Assembly (NCBI GenBank): GCA_001179505.1
Contig: CDMY01000487.1
Coordinates: forward strand, 3,514 to 67,513
DNA: 64,000 nucleotides
Source of the DNA: Vitrella brassicaformis CCMP3155
Taxonomy: Eukaryota; Protista; Chromerida
Reading direction: 5' to 3'
Position numbers and translations under genes: made by a program. Positions 1 to 13,110 of this stretch are shown here, in pieces (positions within the stretch are counted from its first letter, which is position 1; each line of letters starts with the position of its first letter). The notes below the pieces were generated by a model. The model made no database searches. It saw nothing but the letters and a program-made list of their open reading frames with translations, and had not been told where the DNA came from.

Positions 1-13
1 TGAGCTCACTCAC

Positions 14-293
14 GTCGTGCAGGCCTCCCAGCTCCCCTCCTGGCCCGTTGATGCTTCCGTCGACTCGTCACAGACTTCTCGCCCTCATCATCGCCATCGG
101 CGGCGTCCTCGCTCTTCCTCTTGCGTTGTCGATGCCTCTGTTGCTGCTGCTGCTTCCTGGTGGCCCGCCTGGGCGGCGGACTCTGGTGGTCCTCTGACGA
201 TGCAGATGAGCCCTCACCTTCATCATCGTCGTCCTCCTCGCCAAGGCCGAGTGGCACGTCGCCATCATCGCCTGGGTCACCACTGTCCATGGT
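14..293 (-). CDS. Partial exon of an acidic/basic low-complexity protein running off the left edge
   Basis: Minus-strand frame reads MDSGDPGDDGDVPLGLGEEDDDDEGEG...RHRQRKRKSED. A GTGAGT donor follows at ~13. Upstream exons (~340-870) could not be resolved. Confidence 0.4.
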
Positions 294-955
294 CTATCAC
301 CATATGCCGCATGCACATGCGGGGGGCTTGGGGGCTTCAATGCGAGCTCGGCGACGAAGAAAGAAAATTTGGCGGTGCTGGTGGATGAGAATGGCATCTA
401 TAGTGTAGGGGGAACGGAGGCAGGAGCTCAATCAGTCCGGCTGACCTCCCACTCCCTCTTTGCCGAGCCCCTTGGAAGCCGCCCACGGTTTCCCCTCCTC
501 TCTGTGCGACCATGTGGTGGACAGCAGCACTGACCTGACTGACGGACCCAGCCCATCCCTGCTGCCACGGGCGGCGTGACCCTGCCTGTCTTTCTTTGCC
601 CCTTTCGCTGCGCCCCTCCCTCTGTTTGCCTTGCCCCATCCCAATTCTGAAGAGCCTTCATCCGACGCCTGGTCTCGTTTCTCACACAAGGGGCCGAGCG
701 GCAACCGCACACCCATCCCCCCCCACACAGGTTACACACACAAGTGGCACCTTACACATCACGGTGATGCTTGTACACAGAGGCCCCACTTTGCGTGTGT
801 TGTCAGGGCGATTTTTGACAGAAGAACTGGTTGCCGCGGGGCTCCTTTCCTCATCCGTCCACGGCCGTGAGTGACAGCGGCCTATCCCGATTCTCCCGTT
901 CCCTCCTGTCCGTCTGAGTGAGCAGCTGATTACTGCATTGACTGACCCATCACGT

Positions 956-1875
956 ATGTCCGGCTCCGTCCATCACCACCACTTCTCCGCCGCCCCTGCC
1001 GCACCGACATACCTGATGACGTCCGGCGGGAACCCATACCCGACTGGCGGGCAGAGCACCATGATGGCCCCCAACCCCCCGCCGCCGCTGCCCAACCCGG
1101 TCCCACAGCCGTCGGTCGACGCAACAGCCCACCACCACCACCAGCACCAACACCAGCACCAGCACCATTCTTCCCACCACACGACGGTCTATCACGCGTC
1201 ACACCACCACTCGCATCAGCATCATCACCTCAAGCACTCGGGCAACAGTGGTGTGAGTGGTATGGGGTCTCCTCGTGGCGGCGGTGGGGGTGGGTGGACG
1301 CGTCGCGGGCCGTGTCCGCGCGGCAAGGACATCGTGCGATTTTTGGAGGGGCAGGACATAGAGGACTTTTACGCGCTAGGTGAGACGCTGAGCATCAGTG
1401 GCGGACTCAACGACAAGAAGAGACCCACGCTCAAGGAGGTCAGTCAGCTACCTAGGGAGGGGAGGGGGCTTTGTGTCTCTTGCTTGTCGACCTTCCTTGT
1501 GTCTCTCTGACAGGCGTTTGATGCCTATGGCGAGGAGCGGATCATCAAGGTGGTCAAGAAGGAGAGCTTCCGCACGCCACTGGACGAGAAGAAATGGTCA
1601 GTCACCCGAGACATCCCCCCGCACCGCTCCCAGATACACCATACCCGACACCCCTGCCCCATCTGCTGTGTGTCGACCATCAGGCGTTACGTGCACTCGC
1701 GTTTGTTGCGTCTGCCGCCCCACGAGAACCTCCTTCACCTCATCGAGATTTTCGAGTCGGACAACGAGTACTATGTCGTCATGGAAAAGGTCACACGCAC
1801 TGACTGCACTGCACTGCACGGCATGATCGATGCACCGCGCCTGTGTTGGCGTGAGGGCGGGTGTGGTGTATGCGC

Positions 1876-1909
<34 letters not shown>

Positions 1910-4072
1910 AGTGTCACGGTGGTGAGTTGTTTGATTTCCTGTTGACGGCAAAGTCCGTCCCTGAAGAGGAATGCAAACACATCATCAGACAGATTCTCAA
2001 GGTACGGTACACACAACACACAGGCATGGCAACCAACTCTAGCCCTTCACGTGCCACCCTCTCTCTCAACCCACGTACCCACCACCCACGCACACACCTG
2101 CCCCCGTGTCTCTGCCATGCCATGCAGGCGATCCGCCACCTGCATCAATTTGGCCTCCTTCACAGAGACGTCAAACCAGAAAAGTCAGCTACCAACACTA
2201 GCAACCCCCCCCCTCCCCCAAACACACACACCAATGATCTTCCCCCCTGCCAGTCTGGTGTTTAAGATTTCCAACAGCAAGAATCTGCTCTTGCTGGATT
2301 TTGACACGGTGATCCCTTTGGACGGTTACGCCGCGGACATCCTGGACGAGGAGCGGCGCACCGGGCCGCACCCGAAGCGGCTGGCAGGGACGCACGGATA
2401 CCTGCCGCTGGAGGTGTACGAGGGCTACCCCTTCGGCCAGCAGGTGGATGTGTGGGCCGTGGGGGTCATCCTGTATATTCTCATGGCGGTCAGTAGGGGC
2501 ACCAGACACACATGCGGGGTGGGTGGGGAGACACATGTGTGTATGTGTGTGTGTGGCCACACAGGCTGTGCCGCCGTGCCCGATGGAGCAAATGACAAAC
2601 TCCAAGGAAGCACTCGCCATTCTCAGAAAGACCAGAGAAAAGGGGGTAAAGAGTGAGTGGATGGCCGCCAACGGGCAGCTCGTGTGTGTGTGGATGTGCA
2701 GATTGACTGGACTCGTGGTCCGTGGGAGGAGTTTCCCGAGGCCCTCGACCTCTGCAAACAACTCCTCACTTGGGAACCCGAGAAACGACCCACGGCCGGC
2801 GACGCACTACAGCACGCATGGTCGGTAGGGTACACACTTGGGGCGTGGGTGGTGACACAAACAAAAGACTGTCGTCGTTTCTCATCCCATCGATGGATAC
2901 CGTCCGTCTACTATATAGGCTTTTGGAGACCGAGACATCGAATCTTCTGTTCCCTCCGGAGCCACCCCGTGCACCGATCGAGCCGTCCGGCTGCTCACTG
3001 CCCGCCGCCTACCACCCCAACAACCCCACCGCCCGTCGCTACGGCTTCGTACCGGACCCATCTGGTCCATGCCCATGCGTCTACTGTCGGCGCTCCCGGG
3101 CCATCAAGGACGGCATCCCCGAGCACGAAATGGACGTCGATGACGTCTTCGAGAAGCGACTCGGCAAGCGAGACAACACGCGCGCATCTTTGGACAGAGG
3201 GGCCAGCACCGAGATCGGCGACGACGCCCCATCGGCGCTGAGGAGCACTGACCAGCTGTCGAGCGGGAGCCCGTCAGCAGCATCCTCGTCTCTCCACCTC
3301 TCACAACGCTCCGTAGGTGCCGGTGCGGGCAGAGGGTGGAACCAGTGGTCCAACTGGCCAAATCCACGAGTGCCGGGGAGCCCATCATCACCGGGACGCC
3401 CACCCAAATTCGGCGCGCGGCCGCCGCCGTCGCCATTACCGATCGGCAAGATCGCCCGCAATCTTCGCCCGCGTCGGTCGGGTGCTGGTGCTGATGCTGG
3501 GGGCGGTTCAAGCATCGGGTCGTTACGTGTGTCTGGGTATGAGGCTGGTGTCAGCAGTGGGATGGACGGGTCGCCGGCCACGCACTATGCCGGGAGAGGA
3601 GATGGCGAGGACGTCTATGAGGGCGCACAGCAGGAGTATGCGGTAAGTTCCTGTAGACACACAGACGCCTGGAGAGGCTTCACACATCAGATCCACTCTT
3701 TCCTCGTGTCTCTGTCTGTGACTGCAGGAAGATGACGGTGACTACGGCTACCACGAATACGCCAACTCTCCCGGCATGCTGATCGACAACTCCCCCTCCC
3801 ACGCCTACCCGACCTCCCTCCACGGCCACACCAACCACCCACAACACACGTATAACCTCCGCACATCGTCACGCAGCAGAGGCATGGACCAGTCGGTTGC
3901 CGGCGGTCCGTCCGGCACGCTGCCGTACCCCTACAACATGCCCAAGTCTGCTGGTGGTCCGATGCACATGGTGGGCTCGAATGGGGACGGCGGACAGGGG
4001 GCGCGGAGCAACAAGTGGCTGCGCATGTTCCGGGGCGGTGGGCAGTCCGGTGGACAGTCAAGAAGACCATGA
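956..4072 (+). CDS. Multi-exon CAMK-like Ser/Thr protein kinase with His-rich N-terminus and long disordered C-tail
   Basis: Spliced exons give RIIKVVKK, HENLLHLIEIFE...YYVVMEKCHGGELFDFL, HRDVKPEN, LLDFD, GTHGYLPLE, DVWAVGVILYILM and EPEKRPTAGDALQHAW. GT-AG introns include 1439-1513 and 1597-1683. Confidence 0.9.
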
Positions 4073-5318
4073 TATGTACGTTGGGTGTCTATGTATGTGA
4101 GTGTCTGCCTGTCTGCTTGTGGGTGGCATGGTATGGCATGCATGGCCCTCGTGTATGCGTGCCGTCGTGTGATCGGCTGTGGGTGAGTTTGGCGTGTCCA
4201 TATGCACGTGGGGTGGGTCGGTGGATGGCCGTGTGTGCGTTGGGGGGGGTATGTTCTGGTGGGCACTGAATTAACAGAGAGCAACCAAGACAGACAGACA
4301 CCGATAGACAGACAGGTCCTTGTCGGGTGCTCCTCGCTCCTTTTCCTGCGAAGGAGAGACACCCTGTTTTTGCTTCACCCCCCGTCCTTGCCCACTCCCG
4401 CCCCTCTTACATCCTTCCCCTCCCCCCCTCCCCCTCCCGCCCCCAGGCAGACCACCTTACTCTCTATCTACCTCTTCCTCCTTTCTAGCCAATGCTTTTG
4501 CCAATGAAGTCACCCCAAATGAAGTCACTCATCTACCACTATTACTCCCTTCCCTATCTGTGTTTCCTACACATGTACGTGTCCGTTTATATGCGTGTGT
4601 GCGTGTGGAGATGGCGAGACACGTGTGCATGTGTGTGTGTGCGCGTCGTTTGGCCGGTGGCTGGTAGCTAATTCGGAGGTTGGTGGTTGGTGGTTGGTTG
4701 GTGGTTGGTTGGTGGTGTTGGGAGTGATCTGTCTGTGTGCGTGGGGCAGCTAAGATAAAACTGGTCAAGAAGAACGTACCAGTCATGTTGCCGTGCCGTG
4801 CCGTGTGCATAATGTTCGTATATGTATGTATGTGCTAACGGACTGAAAGCTGAAATATGGCGTCTATCGATGTACCCGTACGCTTTTGGCTCTCTCTACT
4901 TCATGGTTGGCTGGAATGGAGTGTTGGATGGACTTACCTTGGTCTCATGCGCATGGCGTCTCGTGACCGATGAAGCACTAACATACTCATTCATACGGCA
5001 GGTTAAACCGGAGACAGAGAGCGGACTCCCAGACACACGGCTGGGATTGAATTTCAAGCCGGCCCGGATGCTATATGCGCATGCGGCCCCCATCCTCCGG
5101 TCGAGAATCTCGACACGAAGCGTCTTTTTTTTCTATTCTCCTTAACTGCAAAATCGCCCATCAACTGTCAGCAATCGGCTCGAGAGGCCCCCCACTGGCA
5201 GGCCAGGAGAGGAGAGCGCGCCGCGGGAGGAGCAACGGCGCCTGCACTAGCTGGCAGGAGGAGACGGACCAAAGAAGAAAAAGAGAAAGGATGCCGGTGA
5301 AGGAAAATCTCCCGTCAG

Positions 5319-8078
5319 CGTCAAAATTTGGCTCGAGCGGCCGGCCAGGCCAGATGGCAAAGAGAGAGGGGGGAGCAGCCCAGCCTGCAGGAGGACGAGG
5401 TGATGGACGGCGACGAGGAGATGGATGGCTCCCTGAACGAGGATATGGAGCCGCCGACCAGCAGGAGAAGACTGGAGGAGTATGGGAATTCTGGCCAGAG
5501 AGAGCCTCATGTCATCTGTTTGCACCGTCCGCCTGTTTGTCTCTGCATCAGTGGCTTGGCAGCCCAGCAGCTGGCGGCAGCAGCAGCAGCAGCCATAGCA
5601 GCTCAGCAGCAGCTGGCGGACACAGCGAGGGCCAAGACAGCGTTGCAGATGGAGACCACCAGGTGCGTGGGCGAAAGTGTGTACACTCAAGGTGAATTCA
5701 GTGGTCTATGTGTTGTATATCTCCAGGTTGAGGGCCGAGATGCGAAGCCTGCAAGTGGCGTTCCACCACCAAATATCAGACAAGCAGGGCCACATCAACC
5801 GGTAGTATATGCAGGCAGCATGCAAAAAGACACACGTCCATGTATCAGTGCGCCTGTGGTCGATTCACAGGCTGGTGAGGGCTGTGGAAGAGGAGAGGAG
5901 GGGGCGCAGTGAAGAGCTACAGCGGTCGGTTGGCCACTGACTGGGGGAGGGTTGCGCACGAGCAATCTTGACGGGCGTTGTGTTCTTGTGTTCTGTCATG
6001 TTCTGGTTGCAGCCACAAAGAGCACGAGCAGCAGTGAGTGACGCTTTCGCTTCTCTCTAGGGTGTGCGGGTGTTTGTATGTCTTTGTGCATTTCTCTCTG
6101 TATGCGCAGGGCTCAGGAGCTCATGAAGGCCACCAAGGAGCAGCAGCTGGCCACCATCCGCGAAGAGGCCACACGGTCAGCGCTCATTTGTGTAATTGGA
6201 TACAGGGCTGATGTTTGTGTGCTCGATGAATCCATGACCGCAGGTCGGAGAGGGAGAAGACGGCCGCCCAGCAGGAGGCCGCCGCCGCCCAGAAGCAGAC
6301 CGCGGCCGCCCAGCAGCAGGCCGCCGGCCTGAAACGGTACGTGAATTGGCATGTATTCGATATCCCACCCCCCCAACGTGCACTTTTACCGTTTCTTGTG
6401 TTGTGCAGGGCCAGGTTGGCGGACGGCAAGACGTACCGGGACATGGTGCTCAGGTGAGACATGCCCCTCCCACTGAGACAGACCTTTGTGTGTGTGTCTC
6501 CCATGTGTGACTCACATGGTTGTCTGCTGCCCGTCCACCAGGTTGCAGGCCGAAATCCGCACACTCACCGACAACAACAAAGGCCTGGCTGCCGAGAAGC
6601 ACAAGAAGGAGGAGGAGCTCAAGACCAAGCTGCGGTAAGCAAACGTCACGTCACGTCAGTTAGTCTCCTGTCGATTGGTCTCTCGCTGGTTTTGTGCGCG
6701 TGCAGGCGAAAGGCAGAGATGCCGAAGAAAGAAGAGACCCTTCTCCGTCAAAATCAGGCTCGAGGGGCCGGCCAGGCCAGATGGAGAGGAGGACGGCAGG
6801 AGCAGCCCAGACCCCAAGAGAACGAGGAGATGGACGCCGACGAGGAGATGGATGGCTCCCTGAACGAGGAAATGGAGCCGCCGACCAGCAGGAGAAGACT
6901 GGAGGAGTATGGGAATTCTGGCCAGAGAGAGCCTCATGTCATCTGTTTGCACCGTCCGCCTGTTTGTCTGTGCATCAGTGGCTTGGCAGCCCAGCAGCTG
7001 GCGGCAGCAGCAGCAGCAGCCATAGCAGCCCTGCAGCAGCTGGCGGACACAGCGAGGGCCAAGACAGCGTTGCAGATGGAGACCACCAGGTGCGTGGGCG
7101 AAAGTGTGTACACTCGAGTTTTCAGTGGACTATGATTTGCATCTACAGGTTGAGGGCCGAGATCCAACAGCTTCAGATGGTGTTCCACCACCAAATGGCA
7201 CAAAAGCAGGGCCACATCAACCGGTAATACATGCAAGCAGCATGCAAAAAGACACACGTCCATCCATGTATCAGTGCACCTATGGTCGATTCACAGGCTG
7301 GTGAGCGCCGTTCAAGAGGAAAGGAGCGGGCGGCGTGAAGACCTTCAGCGGTCGGTCGGCCACTGACTGGGGGGGTCGTACACGAGCGATTCTGACGGGC
7401 GTTTTGTTCTGTCATGTGCTGGTTGCAGCCACAGGGAGCAGGAGCAGCAGTGAGTGACGCTTTCGCTTCTCTCTGGGGTGTGCGGGTGTTTGTATGTCTT
7501 TGTGCATTTCTCTCTGTATGCGCAATACGCAAGAGCTCATGAAGGCCAAGGAGCAGCAGCTCGCAGTCGCCCAAGACAACGCCACACGGTCAGCGCTCAT
7601 TTGTGTAACCAATTGGACACGGGCTGATGTTTGTGTGCTCGATGAATTCATGAGCGCAGGTCACAGAGGGAGAAGGCGGCTGCCCAGCAGCTGACCGTCA
7701 CCGCCCAGCAGGAGACCGCCGGTCTCAAAAGGTACGTCCCCACGTGCTCAACCTGCCCTTTTCCGGTTTCTTGTGTTGTGCAGAGCAAGGGAGGCAGATG
7801 CAAAGGCCAATCGGCAGGAGGTGTTGAAGTGAGCCAAGCCCCTGACACTGAGACAGACCTTTGTGTGTGTCTCCCATGTGTGAGTCACTGCGTTGTCTGC
7901 TGCCCGTCCATCAGGCTGCAGGCGGACCTCCGCACACTCACCCACGAGAACAAAGGCCTGGCTGCCGAGAAGCACAAGAAGGAGGAGGAGCTCAAGACTA
8001 AGCAGCGGTAAGCAAACGTCACGTCACGTCAGTTAGTCTCCTGTCGATTGGTCTCTCGCTGGGTTTGTGCGCGTGCAG
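5319..8078 (+). repeat. Tandem duplication of a ~1.4 kb exon/intron block (copy 1 ~5319-6705, copy 2 ~6746-8078)
   Basis: Near-identical stretches in exons and introns, e.g. GATGGCTCCCTGAACGAGGA...GAGACCACCAGGTGCGTGGGCGAAAGTGTGTACACTC occurs twice about 1.43 kb apart. Confidence 0.9.
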
Positions 8079-8585
8079 CGACTTTACTGAGAGGGAGACA
8101 TCCCTCAAACAAGAAGTCGAGCAGCTGCGCAAACACCAGATTGAGGGGTAAGTACGTGCTCACACAGTCGACCTGTTGTCTCTATGTCTCTCGATCATTT
8201 GGGGATCTATGCATGCAGGCTGACGGCTGAGCTGGCCGGGCTGCAGACCACCGAGGAGCTGAGTGAATTTTGTGAGCGGCTTGCGGACATTCACGAGCAA
8301 CAAATAAAGGACCTGGTCAAAGTCCAAAAGCTCAACAAGAAGGCAACGAAGGCGCTGCAAAGGAAGAAGGAGCAGGAGGCACGAAGTCAGGGGGAAGCGG
8401 ACAGAACGAAGTGCATCATTTGCCAAAGCAGGGACTGCAACACCATGATAGTGCCATGCGGCCACGTCTGCGCATGCCGCGGCTGCGCGAATACCCTCGT
8501 GCGCCGGGGGAGCGCACAGAATCCGGCTACATGCCCTATGTGCCGCGAGATCATTGGACGTGTGGTCAGGGCCATTATCTCGTAG
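5403..8585 (+). CDS. Coiled-coil protein with an internal exon-block duplication and a C-terminal C3HC4 RING (putative E3 ligase)
   Basis: About 20 short Q/E/K/A-rich exons join in frame. The last exon reads CIICQSRDCNTMIVPCGHVCACRGC...CPMCR-stop. The start codon is uncertain. Confidence 0.75.
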
Positions 8586-8679
8586 TGACACATAGGCATC
8601 TCCCTGACGGGCTGCCTCCCTGACTGACTGACTGACTGGTTGCCTCCCTGGCTTCCCCCCTGACGGACTGACGAGCCAG

Positions 8680-9347
8680 GTTGGCGGACGGCAAGACGTA
8701 CCGGGACATGGTGCTCAGGTGAGACATGCCCCTCCCACTGAGACAGACCTTTGTGTGTGTGTCTCTCATGTGTGACTCACATGGTTGTCTGCTGCCCGTC
8801 CACCAGGTTGCAGGCCGAAATCCGCACACTCACCGACAACAACAACGGCCTCGCAGCCGAGAAGGAGAAGAAGGAGGAGGAGCTCAAGATCAAGGAGGGG
8901 TAAGCAAACAAACGTCAGTTAGTCACCTGTCGATCGATCCATCGCTGGGTATGTGTTCCTGCAGGGCCTTTGCTGAGAGGGAGACATCCCTAAAGCAAGA
9001 AGTCGCCACGTCAGTCACGGAGGCGCACGGCAACTGGCTGCCTTGTCTCTCTTCGATGCACACGCCCATGGGTGTGTGTCTATCTGTGTTGGTCATGCAG
9101 CGCCACAGAGAAGGCGGACAGGCTGGAGGCCACATTAGAAGAGGTGCTGCAAAAGGAAGAGGCAAGAGTGGAGGCCGCCCTGTGCGTCATCTGCCAGGCC
9201 GTACCATACACCACCGTCTTCCCGTGTGGCCACATGTGTGCCTGTGGGGAGTGCGCGGAGGACTTGATGCGCAGGCGCAGGAGCTCGAGGCGGTGCCCCA
9301 TGTGCCGCGAACAAATTGGGGATTACACGACTGTGTATCAGGCTTGA
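8680..9347 (+). CDS. Third partial copy ending in a second RING exon (alternative 3' end or separate short gene)
   Basis: 8674-8900 copies 6409-6640 (LADGKTYRDMVLR / LQAEIRTLTDNN). The last exon reads CVICQAVPYTTVFPCGHMCACGEC...CPMCREQI-stop. Confidence 0.65.
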
Positions 9348-10031
9348 ATGAGTGAATGAATGACTGGCTGGCTCCCCGACTGGCTGCCTGACCGGCTGTA
9401 GACTGACTGATTGATTGGGTGACTGATTGATGGGACGTGATCGACGTCAGGCTGAGGCTGGATAGGGGAGAGGGGATGGATATCGTTGGCTACATTATAT
9501 ATCAGTCTTGTCGTATTTTGACCAATGGGCTGTTCTTCCCTACTCGGGGTGACTTGATTGTGCGTGTGGTTGGATAGAGACGATCCTGTCGTATCGCTAA
9601 TTCTTTCAAGGATTCACGTACTTTCTCTGCGGCCAAGGCAGCCAACCAGACTCACCCACGTCCACACATCCATAGAAACGCATTCACTCACTCACACACA
9701 CACACACACACGCGCACCTGTCCCCGCCTTCCTCTCTGCTGCATCGAATCGAGCCGCGACAGAGCCATGCCATCCCTAGCTAAGCATGCCCACCCCATAC
9801 ACACACAACACAACGCAGGGCAGGGCAGGGCAGGGCAGGGCACGCACAGCACATGCCAGAGTATATATACGGACGGCTATATATCCACATAACATGCAGG
9901 CCAGCCAGCCAGCCAGCCATGAAGGAATGCCATGAATGAATCTACTCAGTCCGCCTCCCTCCCTCGCTCCCACTCTCTCCCTATCTACGCCACGCCTGGG
10001 TGTGTCTGCTGCATGTGGGTGTGTGTGTCTA

Positions 10032-12521
10032 TCAGTCCTCCCCCTCCTCGGGCGGGGCGTTCTCGTCGATCTCGCCACCATCTGTGTGACACACACACAC
10101 ACACACACACGTGTACACAAGTGACACAGGTGAATGGGCGGCTTCACGTGTGTGTACCTGACGGCAGTTCCTCCTCCAGTGGGTGCGGCTCTGGCTGCTC
10201 GACCAAATCCTCGGGCTCCTCCTGAATGTCACCTGCGCGCACACAAGCGGAGAGCAGGGGAGAGAGAGGGAGTGCGTGTCGGCTGATGCCCTCCCTCCCT
10301 GTGTGAGGGCGTTGCGTTGCGTAGGGTACCAGGTGCGGTTGGGTAGAAGGGCGGCACGCCAGCCTTCAGGCCATAGCCTATGTACACAGTCACGTACTTC
10401 TTGCCCTGTAAGTGGGACGGACAGATACAACACACACACACACACACACAGACAGACAGGATACACACACACACAGGAGAGAGAGAAGCAGACACGCGTG
10501 CTGCGCGTGGCTGTGTGCGCTCCTTCTCCCTGTCTGCACTGGGCTGCACTGCAGTCCACTTGACTTGACTGACCTGTGCAGCAATGACAGCCCCGGGCCA
10601 TCTGAGGCTCTTGACGACCGTGACGGCGTAGCTCGTGGCGGCGTCCTTGACCGTGTAGGGCGCCGTGTCGCCCACCTGCTTGACCGACCACGCACTCTCA
10701 GACTCGCCTACCGCTGCGGTAATTATCACACAACAAACACAATACAGATAACTAACAGGGGGCGGCACAAGTGTGTGTGGTGGTGGGGTGAGGTGACTTA
10801 CGTGGGTCAGTGTCCAGCGTGCGAAGGATGTCCTGCGGCGGGTCAGCCTCCTTCTGCGCATTGATCTGCACCCAGACACCCAGACACACATGTGCCTTGC
10901 TGTTGGTGGTTCTCCGGCAATGTTGCCTGACCTCATTGGCCTTCTGCGGCTCGGCCTCCTCGTCTACCTCGGGATACTGGGTCTTGCCTGCGGATGGATG
11001 GATGGATGGATGCGTGTGTGTGTGTGTGCGTGTGTCGGTAGGTACCGTTGATGAGTATGTAGTCCCTGCAGTGCGTCCACTTGTCGGCCGACGCGAAGTC
11101 CTCGCCGACCGGGTACTCAAACTCCAAATCCTCCTCAATGCCCTCTGTTAAACAGGCACACACACGCAAACAAATCTGGTCTATCTGTGTTGTCTGTCGT
11201 TGGCGGCGGGTGTGTGGTGGTGTGTGTGTTGATGTACCGCCCTCCTCTTGTGGTTTGAAGAGGCCGGCAGGGCACAGCACCGTATCGCTACTGATCAACG
11301 CTATCTGGCAACTGACCCACACACCAACACATGAATCATGTGTCTGTCTGTGTGGAGGGAGGGCGTCTGTGGATGCCTTTCTCTGTCTGCCTGTGTGTTA
11401 CCGGAGGAGTTGTTTCTCCGTGCCGGGGAACCAGGGGTGGGAAATCACCAGACGATTCAGATCGCCTGCGTCCACCCCTCCACACACACACCAACAGGCG
11501 CAAATGTGGCGTCTGTCCGTGGGTTTGTGTGTGTGGAGGGGTGGTGTGTCTTGCCGGTGAACAGCTTCTTGATCTGACGGGCAGCTAGAATCTGCACCCA
11601 CACACCCAAAGTGACGTTCGAATGCTCTTGGTGTGTGCGGTGTTGTGTGCACCGTACCTCCTTGGGCAACGCGTCAGGCAGCAGCACCCACGGCTCCAAT
11701 ACTACGCACACACATATGACGAGCACTTGCACTCGCCACCGCTCGTGTGTGTGTGTGTGTGTGTGTGTGATACCGTTATTGGTGACCCAGTAGGTGTATG
11801 TGTTGACGCCCGTGCCGCGCGCCTCTACCTCAGGGTCGGCACCTGACACACACACACACACACACACACGCAGGGATGGATGTGCGAGAGGTTTGGTTGT
11901 GTGGTGGCTGGCTGGTACACTTACTCTCGTCGATGCCTTCGATCTGCCCCTCCGCTACGTAATAGTCGCGCTCAGTCCCTGCACCACACACATGGCGTTC
12001 CTCTGGTCAATGTGCGTGTAGCGTGCGACGCCCAACCAATGCGTTCGTCACATCTGTCCGCCCATCCCATCCCCTCAGCCGCCCACTCACCGAGTATCTT
12101 GCCCCAGAAACGGAGCGACTGCAGGCCAGGAGTGTTCGCGCCCAGACGCTGGACCCACAACACAACACAACACAACACAACACAACAGAACAGAACAGAA
12201 CAGAACAGAACAGAACATACACACGACTGACAGCGCCCTCCGATCTCCCCCCCCAACGCTCCCACGCACCCACCCTGAGTGAGCACGCGAGTCGGTACGT
12301 TTCCGTCTTGCTGAAACCGACGCCCGCCCACTCGAGGATGGCGGCCTCCTCCATGAAGTTGGGCAGCGACGGCACCGGCAGCGCAGACCCGTCCTCGCCC
12401 GCCGGCACCTATTAGCACCCATCGGCAGGACACGTCAACGCACAAACAGAGAGCTGCCGGGTGACTTACCGAGGTGAGGTTGACGGTCTCTGCCATCCAT
12501 TTCTGCAAACGCTCCTGAGCA

Positions 12522-12553
<32 letters not shown>

Positions 12554-12858
12554 CACATCCACAGCCAGCCATCCTTCCCGCGCGCATTAGGCATTCATTC
12601 ACGTCGCTCCGGTGGCTCACCCACCAGTAGTGCGGGGTCCTCGGGCATGGGCAGCACCTGGTCGGGCGAGGACTCGCTGGGGAACGAGGTCTCCTTGATG
12701 TATCGCGAGAAGGCCTCGAAGGTGTCATAGGCGTCGGCGGGTTTCTCGGTGATGACCTTGGAGAGCACATGGGTCATGTGCTCGAAGAGGTTCTTGCCGC
12801 CGCCATGGTCCTTCTTCAGGAAGGCCAACGCCGAATCTACAGTCACCTCAGACGTCAT
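10032..12858 (-). CDS. RSPH4: Flagellar radial spoke head protein RSP4/6 (RSPH4A/6A family)
   Basis: Exons read AFLKKDHGGGKNLFEHMTHVLSKVITEKP, EWAGVGFSKTE, LRFWGKILG, HPWFPGTEKQLLR, QIALISSDTVLCPAG, VKSLRWPGA and VYIGYGLK, followed by an acidic tail. Confidence 0.92.
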
Positions 12859-13110
12859 TTCGGGCGAGAAAGAGGAGGGTCTCGTGCGAGCTGGAGGCCT
12901 CCTCGCCAAGCCGTGGCCAGGAGACGAAGGCTTGTCGCCGGACGACGGTCACGCCGTCCTCTCGATCCAATGATACATGTGGCAGGGCATTGCAGCGTAC
13001 ACAAAAACACATACAGATCCACAGATCCACTTGATTTGGCAGACACACGACACACTGCCCTCTCCAAAGACACACAGAGTTTTCCCATCCCATCCATCGG
13101 TCACATCTAC

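Noticed and set aside
4930-4945. GACTTACCTTGG resembling the U1 snRNA 5' end (also CACTTACCTG at ~46456)
   Set aside because: No U1 stem-loops or Sm site follow. These are better explained as reverse-complement 5' splice sites.
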